Below are positions 12,458 to 57,458 of a stretch of DNA of 64,000 nucleotides, piece after piece. This DNA is from Macrostomum lignano. Its lineage: Eukaryota. Under the pieces are notes generated by a model. It did no database searches. It was not told where the DNA came from and was given only the letters and a program-made list of their open reading frames with translations. Each line of letters starts with the position of its first letter. Within the stretch, counting starts at the first letter, position 1. Location: assembly GCA_002269645.1 (NCBI GenBank), contig NIVC01000010.1:744001-808000 (forward strand), read 5' to 3'. Made by a program: the position numbers and the translations under genes.

Positions 12458-13809
12458 ACCTGTTGCAACAAAAAAATACTTTATGCCACGTAAATTTGTT
12501 GACTAATTCTAAATGTAATCTTGCTATTACAATATTACTACACTTGTTGTCTCGTGTGTATTACATATATATTCTGGCTATTAATTCTCTCGAACTGACG
12601 GGATTATTAGAATTCTGTATCCGTATATTTACACTACAGTTCATGACTCAAGCTACAGGTACACAAGTGTTGGCCGGCTAAAACTGAAGTAAATAAAAAA
12701 TAAATAAAAAATAAATAACATTTGAAGTCTGAACTTTTTACTCCTTTTTTAATTACTGTATTTATGCATTGCGTCTGCGTAGCGTATTTACTTTTAACCA
12801 AGCCGCGGAATTGATTCTGATTTTAACCCGTACTTGATAACTATAGCACTAAAATATTGTATTTATTTATAGAAGAGAATTGTGAATTTTTATTTCCGTA
12901 ATTTTTTATTATTGCTTTTAATCAGACACAGTTTAGCTGCGTAAATATGTGTATTATTAATATTGCATTGATTTATTCTGTATGCTGGGGTTTAGTTCAT
13001 TGATAATGTGGCTGTAAATTGTATCAATATGCTTTAAATGTTTAAATATACTTACTTCATCCCTACTGAATTGAATCTAGCAATTCAGATCGAGGTGTAA
13101 ACACCGAATATTATATCTATGTAAAATTTTGTCCAGAGAAGGCTTTTATTTTTTTCGTAGAAAGGATTTTTATTACTCTCAGTTTTAGTGTACAATGACT
13201 GGAACAAAATTTTATAATCCAAATTTGACAAAAATATCGTTTAGTTCGCAAAATTTAATAATTGTTTAGGAAATTGCTTAACGTTTTTCCCAATGCAAAA
13301 ATAATTATCATCGAAGTATCGTTATGAACAATTTCATATAGAAATAAATTTGCTCGTATTTATCAAGAAAATATATGTAATGCTTTAGCATTCATAAGCA
13401 GGTCAATGTAAAAATACCATCCAATGTAAGAAAATATAAAATTGGAGCAGTGTATCGCTTGCAAAACGTGGATGTCACGGTGTTAGATAATGTAAACTTA
13501 AACAAAACTTAAAAGATAAGGAAAATATTTCAAAAAAGTTTTGCGTGCAATTATTACTTGTTAAATAATATAGTTTTTCTTACTGTTAAAAATACATTGG
13601 TTAGTAAAAAGTTTATTATTTTCGGTTACGTTGACAATGTGGATTTTTATGTTGGCAATACACTAGATTTTCTATAACGTACAAACTTACGATGTCAATC
13701 GCAAAAAGAGTCCAACTTAGTAACTCAGCTCGCGAATGAGCAGCAAAGGTTGCTAAGTTACTCAAAGCTCGTAGAATCAGCTCCGGGAAGGAGATTATTT
13801 AACAGGATA

Positions 13810-26528
<12,719 letters not shown>

Positions 26529-26699
26529 TCATTTAGGATGTGAGATGGGTTAATGAGATTGAGTGAGACAGCGAATGAATCAGGAGTGGAGAGGGGGCCC
26601 TCTGGAGTTTTGAATTATCCTTAAGAAACCTGATTGCAGGAGTTTTATTTGAGCTTATGATATGAGAGACAGGCGAACATATATTTATCTCTGTTTATT

Positions 26700-27125
26700 T
26701 CACAAGTAGTAGCACGTGACTGAGTCAAACCGTCAGAGCCAAATCGTCACGTGACTGGTTCCGCTGTTTTATCAGTAGCGGAGATAGGACCATCTAATGT
26801 ACATACGTTGGCCGTTTAACCCTAAACGGAGCAAGAGCGAACATATAACTGGTCTATTAATTTCACAAGTACGTAAGACTGAGAGGCAAATCGTCACGTG
26901 ACTGGTTGATCTTATCGCTGTTTTATCAGTAGCAGCGATAGCGGAGACTTTAGGCGTTTAACTCTAAACGGAATAAGAACGAACATTAAAACATTTATTA
27001 TTTCCCAAGTAGTAGCAAGTGACTGAAAAGGCAAATCGTCACGTGACTGGTTGGTTTATCTTCTCGCTGTTTTTTATCAGTAGCGGAGATAGGACCATCT
27101 AATGTATATTAACATTGGCCGTTCA
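26700..27125. repeat. Three diverged ~125-135-bp tandem units downstream of the CUB gene
   Basis: CAAATCGTCACGTGACTGGTT...TTTATCAGTAGC recurs three times. Confidence 0.7.
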
Positions 27126-27984
27126 ACCGCAAGCAAAGTACATGTAATGTACATTTCATAGAATGTTTTTTGAACCGGCAAAAAATCATTGGCAATGGTT
27201 GATTTGATTGATAAAATTCTCCTTACCTTGTGAAATAATATGCTAAAAAATCTTATGATTTATACGATATTATATGCGCCTCTCTACTTGATATCTTGAT
27301 AGTAAAATTAAGCTTTCCTTTGTTTTTATTTAGATTATTTTAGTTTAATATTATTGAAAATATTCTAATACTAGACATATGAAGAACCTATAATAAAATT
27401 GAATGTATCTATTTAAGAATCTCACTCGTGCCTACGCACTTTATTTGCCCCAATTTTTGCATTCTGAAAACTTTTCTCTTTTAACCCGCTATCAGATGTT
27501 TATTACATGAAAGTGTAGATTTTATTCACTGAAATGAATCTTAAGATTTTTTTGTTGTTTTGTTATTTTTAAGTCAAGCCTCTTTCTACAAATTTATTTT
27601 CGAGTCTTATGATTCAATGCCAGACAACAGTACACAAAAAACTATTTGGTGAAATAGAAAAGTACATTCTGCTCTCATTCTGAGTGAACATTGTCTATCT
27701 GAAGCTATAGAAGCTTTATGATATTAAAATAGACTTTCGTCTTTGCTATGATGAACCAACTCTTTAGTTTCTGGTCTTTGTGTACGTACGTAATTTACAT
27801 TACATTTCTGCATGATCAGGGTATGAAGGACCCCCAGTCCTTCAGGAAGAGGACTAATGCCATAAAATTCATCAGGGACCTAGTGTCTGTTCGAAGGGAG
27901 GAGACTGATACCACCCACATTTTCAGATAAAGCCTGATGCCCTCCAGATCTCCAGAGACAAGGGACTTATATCCTCCAGATCTT

Positions 27985-28815
27985 CAGGGTGGGGTCTAAT
28001 AGCCCCAGATCATCAGTGACGGGGTCTAATAGCCCCTGATCTTCAGTGACGGGGTCTAATAGCCCCAGATCTTCAGTGACGGGGTCTAATAGCCCCAGAT
28101 CTTCAGTGACGGGGTCTAATAGCCCCAGATCTTCAGTGACGGGGTCTAATAGCCCCAGATCTTCAGTGACGGGGTCTAATAGCCCCAGATCATCAGTGAC
28201 GGGGTCTAATAGCCCCAGATCATCAGTGACGGGGTCTAATAGCCCCAGATCATCAGTGACGGGGTCTAATAGCCCCAGATCATCAGTGACGGGGTCTAAT
28301 AGCCCCAGATCTTCAGTGACGGGGTCTAATAGCCCCAGATCTTCAGTGACGGGGTCTAATAGCCCCAGATCTTCAGTGACGGGGTCTAATACCCCCAGAT
28401 CTTCAGTGACGGGGTCTAATAGCCCCAGATCTTCAGTGACGGGGTCTAATAGTCCCAGATCTTCAGTGACGGAGTCTAATAGCCCCAGATCTTCAGTGAA
28501 GGGGTCTAATACCCCCAGATCTTCAGTGACGGGGTCTAATAGCCCCAGATCTTCAGTGACGGAGTCTAATAGCCCTAAATCATCAGTGACGGGGTCTAAT
28601 AGTCCCAAATCTTCAGTGATGGGGTGTAATACCACCCCAGATCTTCAGTGATGGGTCGAACACCCCTAAATCTTCAGGGAGGGGTTTAAATACCCTCTAG
28701 ATCTTTAGGGAGGGGTCTAAATACCCTCTAGATCTTCAGGGAGGGGTCTAAATACCCTCTAGATCTTCAGGGAGGGGACCGATGCCCTCTAGATCTTCAG
28801 GGAGAGGACTGATAC
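27985..28815. repeat. 30-bp minisatellite (GGGGTCTAATAGCCCCAGATCTTCAGTGAC) grading into a 29-bp variant
   Basis: About 22 units, intergenic between convergent genes. Confidence 0.95.
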
Positions 28816-29304
28816 CTGAAGTGCTAATAAAGACAGCTAAGGTAAAAGCAGTTACTATACGAGATTATTTTAATCCAAATTTATACAAAAAGCATGCTTG
28901 AATTTATGCGCATAGAATGCGCAAAAACACGCATTAGCCTACTATATAGGATGAGTAGTATATTAAAAGTGATTCATGCTTCAGCTTCTTATACAATACA
29001 ATTTGAATAACCAAAGTCCAAGTAAGACCAGACCAGACGCATTATTAGCATATGCAGCAGCTTAAATGCAGCATTACTACACTATAAAACGAGTAACTTT
29101 CGCAAAATCGCAACACAATAAACGGAACAGAATCACGTGTACCTGAATTTTCCCCGCAAGCTCAAAATTTTACAAGTTCAGTGAGAAAAAGGCAAACTGC
29201 TTAACAAAGTGCTGATTTTTTTAATAATTAGACAGATAGTGGATCTTGACACTGGGGAACTAGGATAGTGTGATTGGATGGAAGGATGGTTATGAGACTA
29301 GACT

Positions 29305-30575
29305 CGGGAGAGTATGAGATAGAGAGGGAGAGTATGAGAGTAGAGAGGGAGAGTATGAGAGTAGAGAGGGAGATTATGAGAGTAGAGAGGGAGAGTATGA
29401 GAGTAGAGAGGGAGAGTATGAGAGTAGAGAGGGAGAGTATGAGAGTAGAGAGGGAGATTATGAGAGTAGAGAGGGAGATTATGAGAGTAGAGAGGGAGAG
29501 TATGAGAGTAGAGAGGGAAAGTATGAGATAGAGAGGGAGAGTATGAGAGTAGAGAGGGAGATTATGAGAGTAGAGAGGGAGAGTATGACAGTAGAGAGGG
29601 AGATTATGAGAGTAGAGAGGGAGAGTATGAGAGTAGAGAGGGAGAGTAGAGAGGGAGAGTATGAGAGTAGAGAGGGAGAGTATGATAGTAGAGACAGAGA
29701 TTATGAGAGTAGAGAGGGAGATTATGAGAGTAGAGAGGGAGAGTATGAGAGTAGAGAGGGAGAGTAGAGAGGGAGAGTATGAGAGTAGAGAGGGAGAGTA
29801 GAGAGGGAGATTATGAGAGTAGAGAGGGAGAGTATGAGAGTAGAGAGGGAGAGTAGAGAGGGAGAGTATGAGAGTAGAGAGGGAAAGTATGAGATAGAGA
29901 GGGAGAGTATGAGAGTAGAGAGGGAGATTATGAGAGTAGAGAGGGAGAGTATGAGAGTAGAGAGGGAGATTATGAGAGTAGAGAGGGAGAGTATGAGAGT
30001 AGAGAGGGAGAGTAGAGAGGGAGAGTATGAGAGTAGAGAGGGAGAGTATGAGAGTAGAGACAGAGATTATGAGAGTAGAGAGGGAGATTATGAGAGTAGA
30101 GAGGGAGAGTATGAGAGTAGAGAGGGAGAGTAGAGAGGGAGAGTATGAGAGTAGAGAGGGAGATTATGAGAGTAGAGAGGGAGAGTATGAGAGTAGAGAG
30201 GGAGAGAAGAGAGGGAGAGTATGCGAGTAGAGAGGGAGAGTAGAGAGGGAGAGTATGAGAGTAGAGAGGGAGAGTATGAGAGTAGAGAGGGAGATTATGA
30301 GAGTAGAGAGGGAGAGTATGAGAGTAGAGAGGGAGAGTAGAGAGGGAGAGTATGAGAGTAGAGAGGGAGAGTAGAGAGGGAGAGTATGAGAGTAGAGAGG
30401 GAGAGTAGAGAGGGAGAGTATGAGAGTAGAGAGGGAGAGTATGAGAGTAGAGAGGGAGAGTATGAGAGTAGAGAGGGAGAGTATGAGATAGAGAGGGCGA
30501 GTATGAGAGTAGAGACGGAGAGAATGAGAGTAGACAGGGATTAGAATGAGAGTAGAGAGGGAGAGTATGAGATAG
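29305..30575. repeat. GA-rich 21-bp minisatellite (GAGAGTAGAGAGGGAGAGTAT)
   Basis: Tandem array just downstream of the GTF3C1-like stop codon. Confidence 0.95.
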
Positions 30576-30786
30576 AGGGATTAGAGTCTAGAGAAGGACT
30601 ACGAGAATGGAGAGGGAGTGTCTGATATGCTCAAGCCATAAAGGAGACAGGAAAGGGCATGGAGAGGACTCAGAGCATGGAGATACTCAAATTTCAACCA
30701 TATGCTTCATGTGCCATTTATAGACTAGATGCACTTACATTAAATAACAATAATATAAAAAGCACTGCATTGGGAACAGACATTAA

Positions 30787-49610
<18,824 letters not shown>

Positions 49611-50254
49611 CTGGCTACTTATAGTAGCACTGCTAGTTTAGAATAAACTTTACCGAGATTCTTACGGCTGAAAATACAAAAAGCAACAATGCGTAGTTAA
49701 GCTTCATTGAAAGCATAATATAAATTATAATGGCTAGAATCGTTCAAGCTACTGACTAATCAAAGTAGTGTGAATTGACAAAATCTTAAAACAAAGAAAC
49801 ACGTATTTTATAAAAGTGACACCCTACAATCTAGGTGGACACTGACAACAAATTATTAATTTAATTTTTTTATCAAACCAAATTCACTGGATCGCGCAAT
49901 CACAAATGATTTCCAGGGAATAATTTTTGTATCAAACTTTTGTAAACGTAGTAAATGTTATTTATTGTTTGATAAATTTGAAAAAAAACATTCAGTTATT
50001 AACAAACTGCGATAGAAACCAGTGATAGATACAATACACTGCACTTACAGGGGCCAAGACACATACAATGACTATGAAGTCGAATTTAGAACAATGAAAA
50101 ACTAAGGCAAATAGCTTAGCAATATGGGGGAAGTGCAGTATGCTTTTCCAACTGTACTTTTATTCAGTCAGAATATACTAGCTAACTATAGTATAAGCAG
50201 CACTTTTCCTTTTGAAAGAAAACAATACAGAATAACAAAACGATAGGATTATTC

Positions 50255-50537
50255 AGACAGCCAGACAGACAGCCAGACAGACAGCCGGACACTAAGACAG
50301 TCGGACAGACAGACAGACAGACAGACAGACAGTCAGACAGACAGACAGACAGACAGTCAGACAGACAGACAGTCAGACAGACAGACAGTCAGACAGACAG
50401 TCAGACAGACAGACAGACAGACAGACAGTCAGACAGACAGTCAGACAGACAGACAGTCAGACAGACAGTCAGACAGACAGACAGACAGTCAGACAGACAG
50501 TCAGACAGACAGACAGACAGACAGTCAGACAGACAGT

Positions 50538-50575
<38 letters not shown>

Positions 50576-50602
50576 GTCAGACAGACAGTCAGACAGACAA
50601 AC
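50255..50602. repeat. (AGAC)n / AGTC microsatellite, intergenic
   Basis: Lies between the PPIG-like stop and the GTF3C1 start. Confidence 0.95.
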
Positions 50603-50974
50603 AAATTAACATTAGGAATGCTAAGCCCATATTAAAGCATTAGCATAGAGCATCGCATAAAACTTAAAGCCAATTAAGTAAAAGCATTGGACGCACCGGC
50701 AAAAGGTGAGACAAAACTAAAATAGATTGAAAGGTGCGCTCAAACTCTAATAAGTTAGGTACACGAGACGCACACTTAGCTAGTGAATATAACTATATAA
50801 ACACTATAGATTAGGTTTGTCGCTGACCAGTGAGAGATAAACACACGCAGCCCAGTTCAGTGCCAGGAATAGCCACTCCATGAAGAGAAAAAATGCATTT
50901 TCAAACTTATAGAAAATTACTATTACGAGCGTAATATATAATTTAATAAATGTTCCGCTTCTTAGCCTCTTGCC

Positions 50975-53900
50975 TCAATCAATCTTCGAACTGTTAGTGT
51001 TATTAGTGGCAGTTTTATTAGTAGTATTATCACCGCTACCATTTACTCCCTGTTTCAACCAGGCGCCAGTTTTGGCGCCACCGCCGGCGCCGGCGCTCTT
51101 CTGCTGCTGCCGACCGTGCCGGAAACGTTCGGCGCGTCGTTTCGCTTCAGACGATGTTGACGAACCGCTGCTGCCGGACGAAGAACTGTTCGTCGAAGAG
51201 GTTGACGAAGATGATGCTGAGGATGACGAAGAGTCGGATGATGAAGAACGGCCAGACGAGGATCCCGACGAAGATGAAGAAGCCTTCCTGCGCCGATCGC
51301 TGTACCTTTCTGGCACTGATTTCTTCATAGTAGCATTCGGCTTTGCCTTGCTGTCGTCTTTCTTTGCTGAGGAAGAAGCCGAAGACGAGGCTGACGAAGA
51401 GCTTGAAGAAGATGCCGACCTGCGCCGCTTTTGCTTTTCCTGCGCCGTCGTTGATTTGTTAGCCGGCTTTTGTCGATTTCTATCGCGCGAAATTGGCGAC
51501 AAAGACTTGCGACGATTAATCGGCGACCTTCGACGATCGACTGGCGACCTTTGACGGTCAACGGGCGACCTTCGACGCTCAACAGGCGACCTTCGAGGGT
51601 CAACGGGCGACCTTCGACGGTTAACGGGCGACATTCGACGGTCAACGGGCGACCTTCGACGGTCAACGGGCGACCTTCGACGGTCAACGGGCGACCTTCG
51701 ATGGTCAACGGGCGATCTTCGACGGTCAACAGGCGACCTTCGACGGTAAATGGGCGACCGTCGACGGTTAACAGGCGATCTTCGACGGTCAACGGGCGAC
51801 CTTCGACGGTCAACGGGCGATCGCTGTCGACGCGTTGTTGCTGGAGAGTTTCGACGATAAGCGGGAATTCTGTTGCGACGAAATTCGGGCGATTTTTGGC
51901 GCTCAAGGGACCGTTTCCCTCGATCAGAAGGTGAACGGGATCGACGACCCACCGGTGATTTGCGACGCTGAACCGGTGACTTGCTGCGATCAACCGGTGA
52001 TTTGCGACGCTGAACCGGTGATTTGCTGCGATTACGACGCTGAACCGGTGATTTGCTGCGATTAACCGGTGATTTGCGACGCTGCACCGGTGATTTGCTA
52101 CGATCAACCGGTGATTTACGACGCTGAACCGGTGATTTGCGACGCTGCACCGGTGATTTCCTGCGATCAACCGGCGATTTGTGACGCTGAACCGGTGATT
52201 TGCTGCGATCAAGCGGTGATTTGCGACGCTGCACCGGTGATTTGCGACGCTGCACCGGTGATTTGCTGCGATTAACCGGCGATTTGCGACGCTGAACCGG
52301 TGATTTGCTGCGATAAACCGGTGATTTACGACGCTGAACCGGTGATTTGCTGCGATTAACCGGCGATTTGCGACGCTGAACCGGTGATTTGCTGCGATAA
52401 ACCGGTGATTTACGACGCTGAACCGGTGATTTGCTGCGATTAACCGGTGATTTGTGACGCTGCACCGGTGATTTGCTGCGATCAACCGGCGATTTGTGAC
52501 GCTGAACCGGTGATTTGTGACGCTGAACCGGTGATTTGTGACGCTGAACCGGTGATTTGCTGCGATAAACCGGTGATTTACGACGCTGAACCGGTGATTT
52601 GCTGCGATTAACCGGTGATTTGCGACGCTGCACCGGTGATTTGCTGCGATTAACCGGCGATTTGCGACGCTGAACCGGTGATTTGCTGCGATTAACCGGT
52701 GATTTGCTGCGATCAACCGGTGATTTACGACGCTGAACCGGTGATTTGCTGCGATAAACCGGTGATTTGCTGCGATCAACCGGTGATTTGCGACGCTGAA
52801 CCGGTGATTTGCTGCGATTACGACGCTGAACTGGTGATTTGCTGCGATCAACCGGTGATTTGCGACGCTGAACCGGTGATTTGCTGCGATCAACCGGTGA
52901 TTTGCGACGCTGAACCGGTGATTTGCGACGCTGAACCGGTGATTTGCTGCGATTAACCGGTGATTTGCGACGCGGAAAAGAAGACTTTTGCCTTTCAAAA
53001 GGCGATTTGCGTCTCTCAACCATTGATTTGATTTGCGGAACCGGTGATGTGCGTCGATTAACCGGTGATGTGTGCCGATTAACCGGTGATGCACGTCGAT
53101 TAACCGGTGATGCGCGTCGTTCAATCGATGATTTCAGCTTCTCAAATGGCGACATCTGACGCTCGCCAACAGCAACATATCGATGCTCTATTGGAGACTT
53201 TCTACCGCGACTGGACCCTGGTGACGGTCTGAGCTCATCTTCTGGCGATCTGCTGCGCTGCTCCATCCGCGATTTAATGACGCGTCGCTCGTTATTGGCA
53301 TCAGGCGACCTCGACTCATTATTATTCCTTCGTTCTATCGACACAAGCCGGCGCTCCGAAGGCGACGGGCGACGAATTCGTTTACTAGCACCAGTCGATC
53401 GGTCAGCACCGTCGCGATCAATATCAGGCGATAATTCTCTTCTAGTTCGTCGAATAACCCGACGCCGCTCCTCCGGCTCCTGAGGTGCTGCTCTGTCCCG
53501 ACTAGACAATCGACGGTCGACGCCGCTGCCGCTACGTCGACGCTGTCGTTTTGCCGGCGGAGGCGACGTACCAGCAGGGGCAGCCGGTTTAAGAGGCCTT
53601 TCTTCCGCTTGCTGCGTGTCGCCCTCGACGTCCTTGGCCGCCGAGGCAGTCTTTGATGGCGTTGTTGGCTCGCCGTCGGTTAACCCAAGATCGCGATCTC
53701 TGCAACGAATCGAGAATCGAACATGAGTATGAGCATATGTGATAGTGGCAGAATTATAGTCAGTTAGAACCTAAGAGTAGTGACAGGCTCGTTTCACAAG
53801 ATTGATAGACTCGTTTGAGAAAATCTGTGGATGACAAGCTCAGTTGAAAATTTAGGGTGAAAGACCCTTTTCAACCTGAAAAAAGAGTGACAGATTCTTT

Positions 53901-56900
53901 TGAGAGAATCTAGAAGAGTGACATTTAAGAAAATCTGAAAGAGTGATAGGCTTGTTTAGAAAATCTAGGAGAGTGACAGACTCGTTTGAGATAATCTGGA
54001 AGAGTGACAGACTCGTTTGAGAGAATCTGGAAGAGTGACAGACTCGTTTGAGAGAATCTGGAAGAGTGACAGACTCGTTTAAGAGAATCTGAAAGAGTGA
54101 CAGACTCGTTTAAGAGAATCTGGAAGAGTGACAGACTCGTTTAAGAAAATCTGAAAGAGTGAGACTCGTTTAAGAAAATCTGAAAGAGTGACAGACTCAT
54201 TTGAGAGAATCTGGAAGAGTGACAGACTCGTTTGAGAGAATCTGGAAGAGTGACAGACTCGTTTAAGAGAATCTGGAAGAGTGACAGACGCGTTTGAGAG
54301 AATCAGGAAGAGTGACAGACTCGTTTGATGAGCTTGAAATCTAGCTGTAGATTTCAATATCCACCCCCTTTACCTTCGCTTCGATCCCGCGGGAGCCAGA
54401 ATCTCCAAAATATCGGAATCATAATTCTGATCGTCGCCAAGCAGTTCGATCTGAGGCTCATCGTCCGAGTTCAGGCTTCGGTCGACCGATCCGGATGGCC
54501 GACGCTTCGACTGCGAATCGTCCTCAGATTGACCGTTATAATTGGCGTCCTTGGACTTGTCCGCGGATTTCTGATCTCGTCTAAATTTTATAAAAATTTA
54601 TATAAAATTAAAAACTTAAGCAGTATTACATAACTTAATAAATAATAAAGTTACTAGAGATGCGATTTAAATTTCACTTACTGTTCATCTTCTTCTCGAG
54701 ATCGTACAAACGTTTTTCTGCAATTTTAAATAAATATATACTACGCATTAGGAATTTTAAATTAACAGTGACTTTTCATTAAAACAACTAATAGTCCACA
54801 CTACTGTGAGATGTTTGAGCACTTTAAACCATTATTTTTTTTTATTAGAGGCAGGGGGGTTGTGTGCACCCTGGCGCAATTTAAGCGTCATTGGCACACA
54901 ACCGGCGAGAGGCATTACTGCCCATTCCGCCGACTCCCCTGAGCAGGCATACAAGCGCGCGGATACGTTACGCAGGCACACACTCACACAGGAGTGTACA
55001 GCGGCCCTAACTTTATTTATTGTTAGGCATGTACACTTCACTGCGCCTTGGGGGGGGGGGTTGGCTCTCAAGGCCGTTAATTGCACAAGCGAGCCAAGCC
55101 AAGATTCCAATCCAGCCCCAAATTAATGTGGCTGCACTTGGAATCGAGCCTGGGTCGCGGCACACCAGAGCAGCTGCGCTACCGCTGGGCTACGGCCCCC
55201 CTCACTTTAAACCATACTGAGGTGTCTGAGCACTCTGTGAGCCATGCTGAGGTGTCTGAGCACTTTAAGCCATACTGAGGTGTCTGTCCATCAACCAGAC
55301 AAGAGCCATAATAAGGTGTCCACCCAGACAAGAGCCATACTAAGGTGTCCACCCGGACAAGAGCCATACTGAGGTGTCCACCCGGACAAGAGCCATACTG
55401 AGGTGTCTGTCCATCAACCAGACAAGAGCCATACTAAGGTGTCCACCCGGACAAGAGCCATACTGAGGTGTTCACCCGGACAAAAGCCATACTGAGGTGT
55501 TCACCCGGACAAGAGCCATACTGATGTGTCCACCCGGACAAGAGTCATACTGAGGTGTCCACCCGGACAAGAGCCATACTGATGTGTCCACCCGGACAAG
55601 AGCCATACTGATGTGTCCACCCGGACAAGAGCCATACTGATGTGTCCACCCGGACAAGAGCCATACTGAGGTGTCCACCCGGACAAGAGCCATACTGAGG
55701 TGTTCACCCGAACAAAAGCCATACTGAGGTGTTCACCCGGACAAGAGCCATACTGATGTGTCCACCCGGACAAGAGCCATACTGAGGTGTCTGTCCATCA
55801 ACCAGACAAGAGCCATACTAAGGTGTCCACCCAGACAAGAGCCATACTAAGGTGTCCACCCGGACAAGAGCCATACTGAGGTGTCCACCCAGACAAGAGC
55901 CATACTAAGGTGTCCACCCGGACAAGAGCCATACTGAGGTGTCCACCCGGACAAGAGCCATACTGAGGTGTTCACCCGGACAAAAGCCATACTGAGGTGT
56001 CCACCCAGACAAGAGCCATACTAAGGTGTCCACCCGGACAAGAGCCATACTGAGGTGTCCACCCGGACAAGAGCCATACTGAGGTGTTCACCCGGACAAA
56101 AGCCATACTGAGGTGTTCACCCGGACAAGAGCCATACTGATGTGTCCACCCGGACAAGAGCCATACTGAGGTGTCCACCCGGACAAGAGCCATACTGAGG
56201 TGTCCACCCGGACAAGAGCCATACTGAGGTGCCCACCCGGACAAGAGCCATACTGAGGTGTTCACCACCCAGGCAATACTCAATGAGCTGCTCACTTTGG
56301 CCCCAAAGCGGCGGCAGCAGCTCCCGAGTCCCGATTGCGCTGATACTGACGCCAATCGTCGTCCGTCATCTTTTTCAGGCCGCGAGAAGCCGCTTTCCAG
56401 TGCGGCGGCGTGTCGTCGCCGGAAGAGGCGGACTGAGACTGGCCGCGGTAGCGCTGCGATGGTGATAGGAGTGGGTGGGTAGGGAGCAACGGTTGGTGGC
56501 GTAGGGTGCCTGAGGACAGGTGTCCGAGGACAGGGGTCTGAGAACACAGGCTCGTAGTGAGACAGGTGCCTGAGGACAGGTGTTTGAGGACAGGTGTCTG
56601 AGGAAAGGTGCTTTTCAGGACTTTTCAGCACAGGTGTCTGATAGTGAGACAGGTATGAAGACAGGAGTTGACACTAGAGATTTGAAGTAGATGAGGGCGC
56701 TGAACTGAACCAAATTGAACAGAAACAACTCACCAGATTGCCTCGACCTTTGACCTTAAGTCCGCTGGCGTCGTTGCGAGCAAAACTTCGCCGTTGATTA
56801 CTAGAATAATGAAGCTCAGGTGATTCATTTCTACGCACTCTGCAAAATGTCAATGAGAATAAAGTTTTTTATCGATACATATAGGCGTATTTGGTAGTAT

Positions 56901-57458
56901 TCGGAATTTAATAAAAGAGTTTATAAAAGTTCCATTTTTCGATACATATCGGCATATAAACATATAACCATACCGTCTAGTTGCTGACGCATTCTCCCTA
57001 GGCGGCCCGGTATAGCGGCTTAAAAATTTTCTCTTCGGCGATGGCGGTATCTCGTCTGGTCGAACGCTGCACAGCGGCTCGTCGTCTGCTAGCCTGCAGC
57101 GGTTGACAACAGGGTCATTGAAATTTGTGGTTAATCATAAGGTAGGCTAAAGGGGCGATTCACAGGTAGCCTAAAGGGGCGATTCTCAGGTAGGCTAAAG
57201 GGGCGATTCTCAGGTAGACTAAAGGGGCGATTCTCAGGTAGGCTAAAGGGGCGATTCTCAGGTAGGCTAAAGGGGCGATTTTCAGGTAGGCTAAAGGGGC
57301 GATTCTCAGGTAGGCTAAAGGGGCGATTCTCAAGTAGGCCACAGGGGCGATTCTCAGGTAGCCTACTAAGGCGATTGTCAGGTACATAATAAAAGACAAT
57401 ACTTACTCTCCATCTTCTCTGTCTCCATCTTCAGCATCTTTCTTATTCTTTTGATGAT
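50975..57458 (-). CDS. PPIG: SR-cyclophilin (PPIG/NKTR/Moca-cyp-like), 3' part only; the PPIase domain is absent from the window
   Basis: Phase-consistent exons: ~57458-57407 (cut at the duplication junction), 57093-56974, 56839-56734, 56453-56296, 54717-54682, 54580-54374, 53699-50975. Family motifs CSVRPDEIPPSPKRKFLSR (cf. PPIG VRPEEIPPIPENRFLMR), SGLKVKGRGNLRYR and DTPPHWK, followed by a long RS/SP-rich domain. Confidence 0.75.
53940..54325. repeat. 31-bp minisatellite (GAGTGACAGACTCGTTTGAGAGAATCTGGAA), intronic
   Basis: About 12 units plus degenerate flanks. Confidence 0.9.
54835..55199 (-). mobile_element. tRNA-derived SINE, near full length
   Basis: The minus strand starts GGGGCCGTAGCCCAGCGGTAG (A-box) ... 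CCCAGGCTCGATTCC (B-box). A-rich tail AATAAAAAAAAATAAT at ~54845-54831. Confidence 0.85.
55212..56265. repeat. 29-bp minisatellite (GAGCCATACTGAGGTGTCCACCCGGACAA), intronic
   Basis: About 35 units starting right after the SINE head. Confidence 0.95.
57140..57375. repeat. 24-bp minisatellite (CAGGTAGGCTAAAGGGGCGATTCT), intronic
   Basis: About 9-10 units. Confidence 0.93.

Noticed and set aside
27967-30230. LLDPVTEDLG, TGSNSPRSSV and MRVERES repeat ORFs
   Set aside because: Intergenic 30-bp and 21-bp minisatellites with no splice or codon support.
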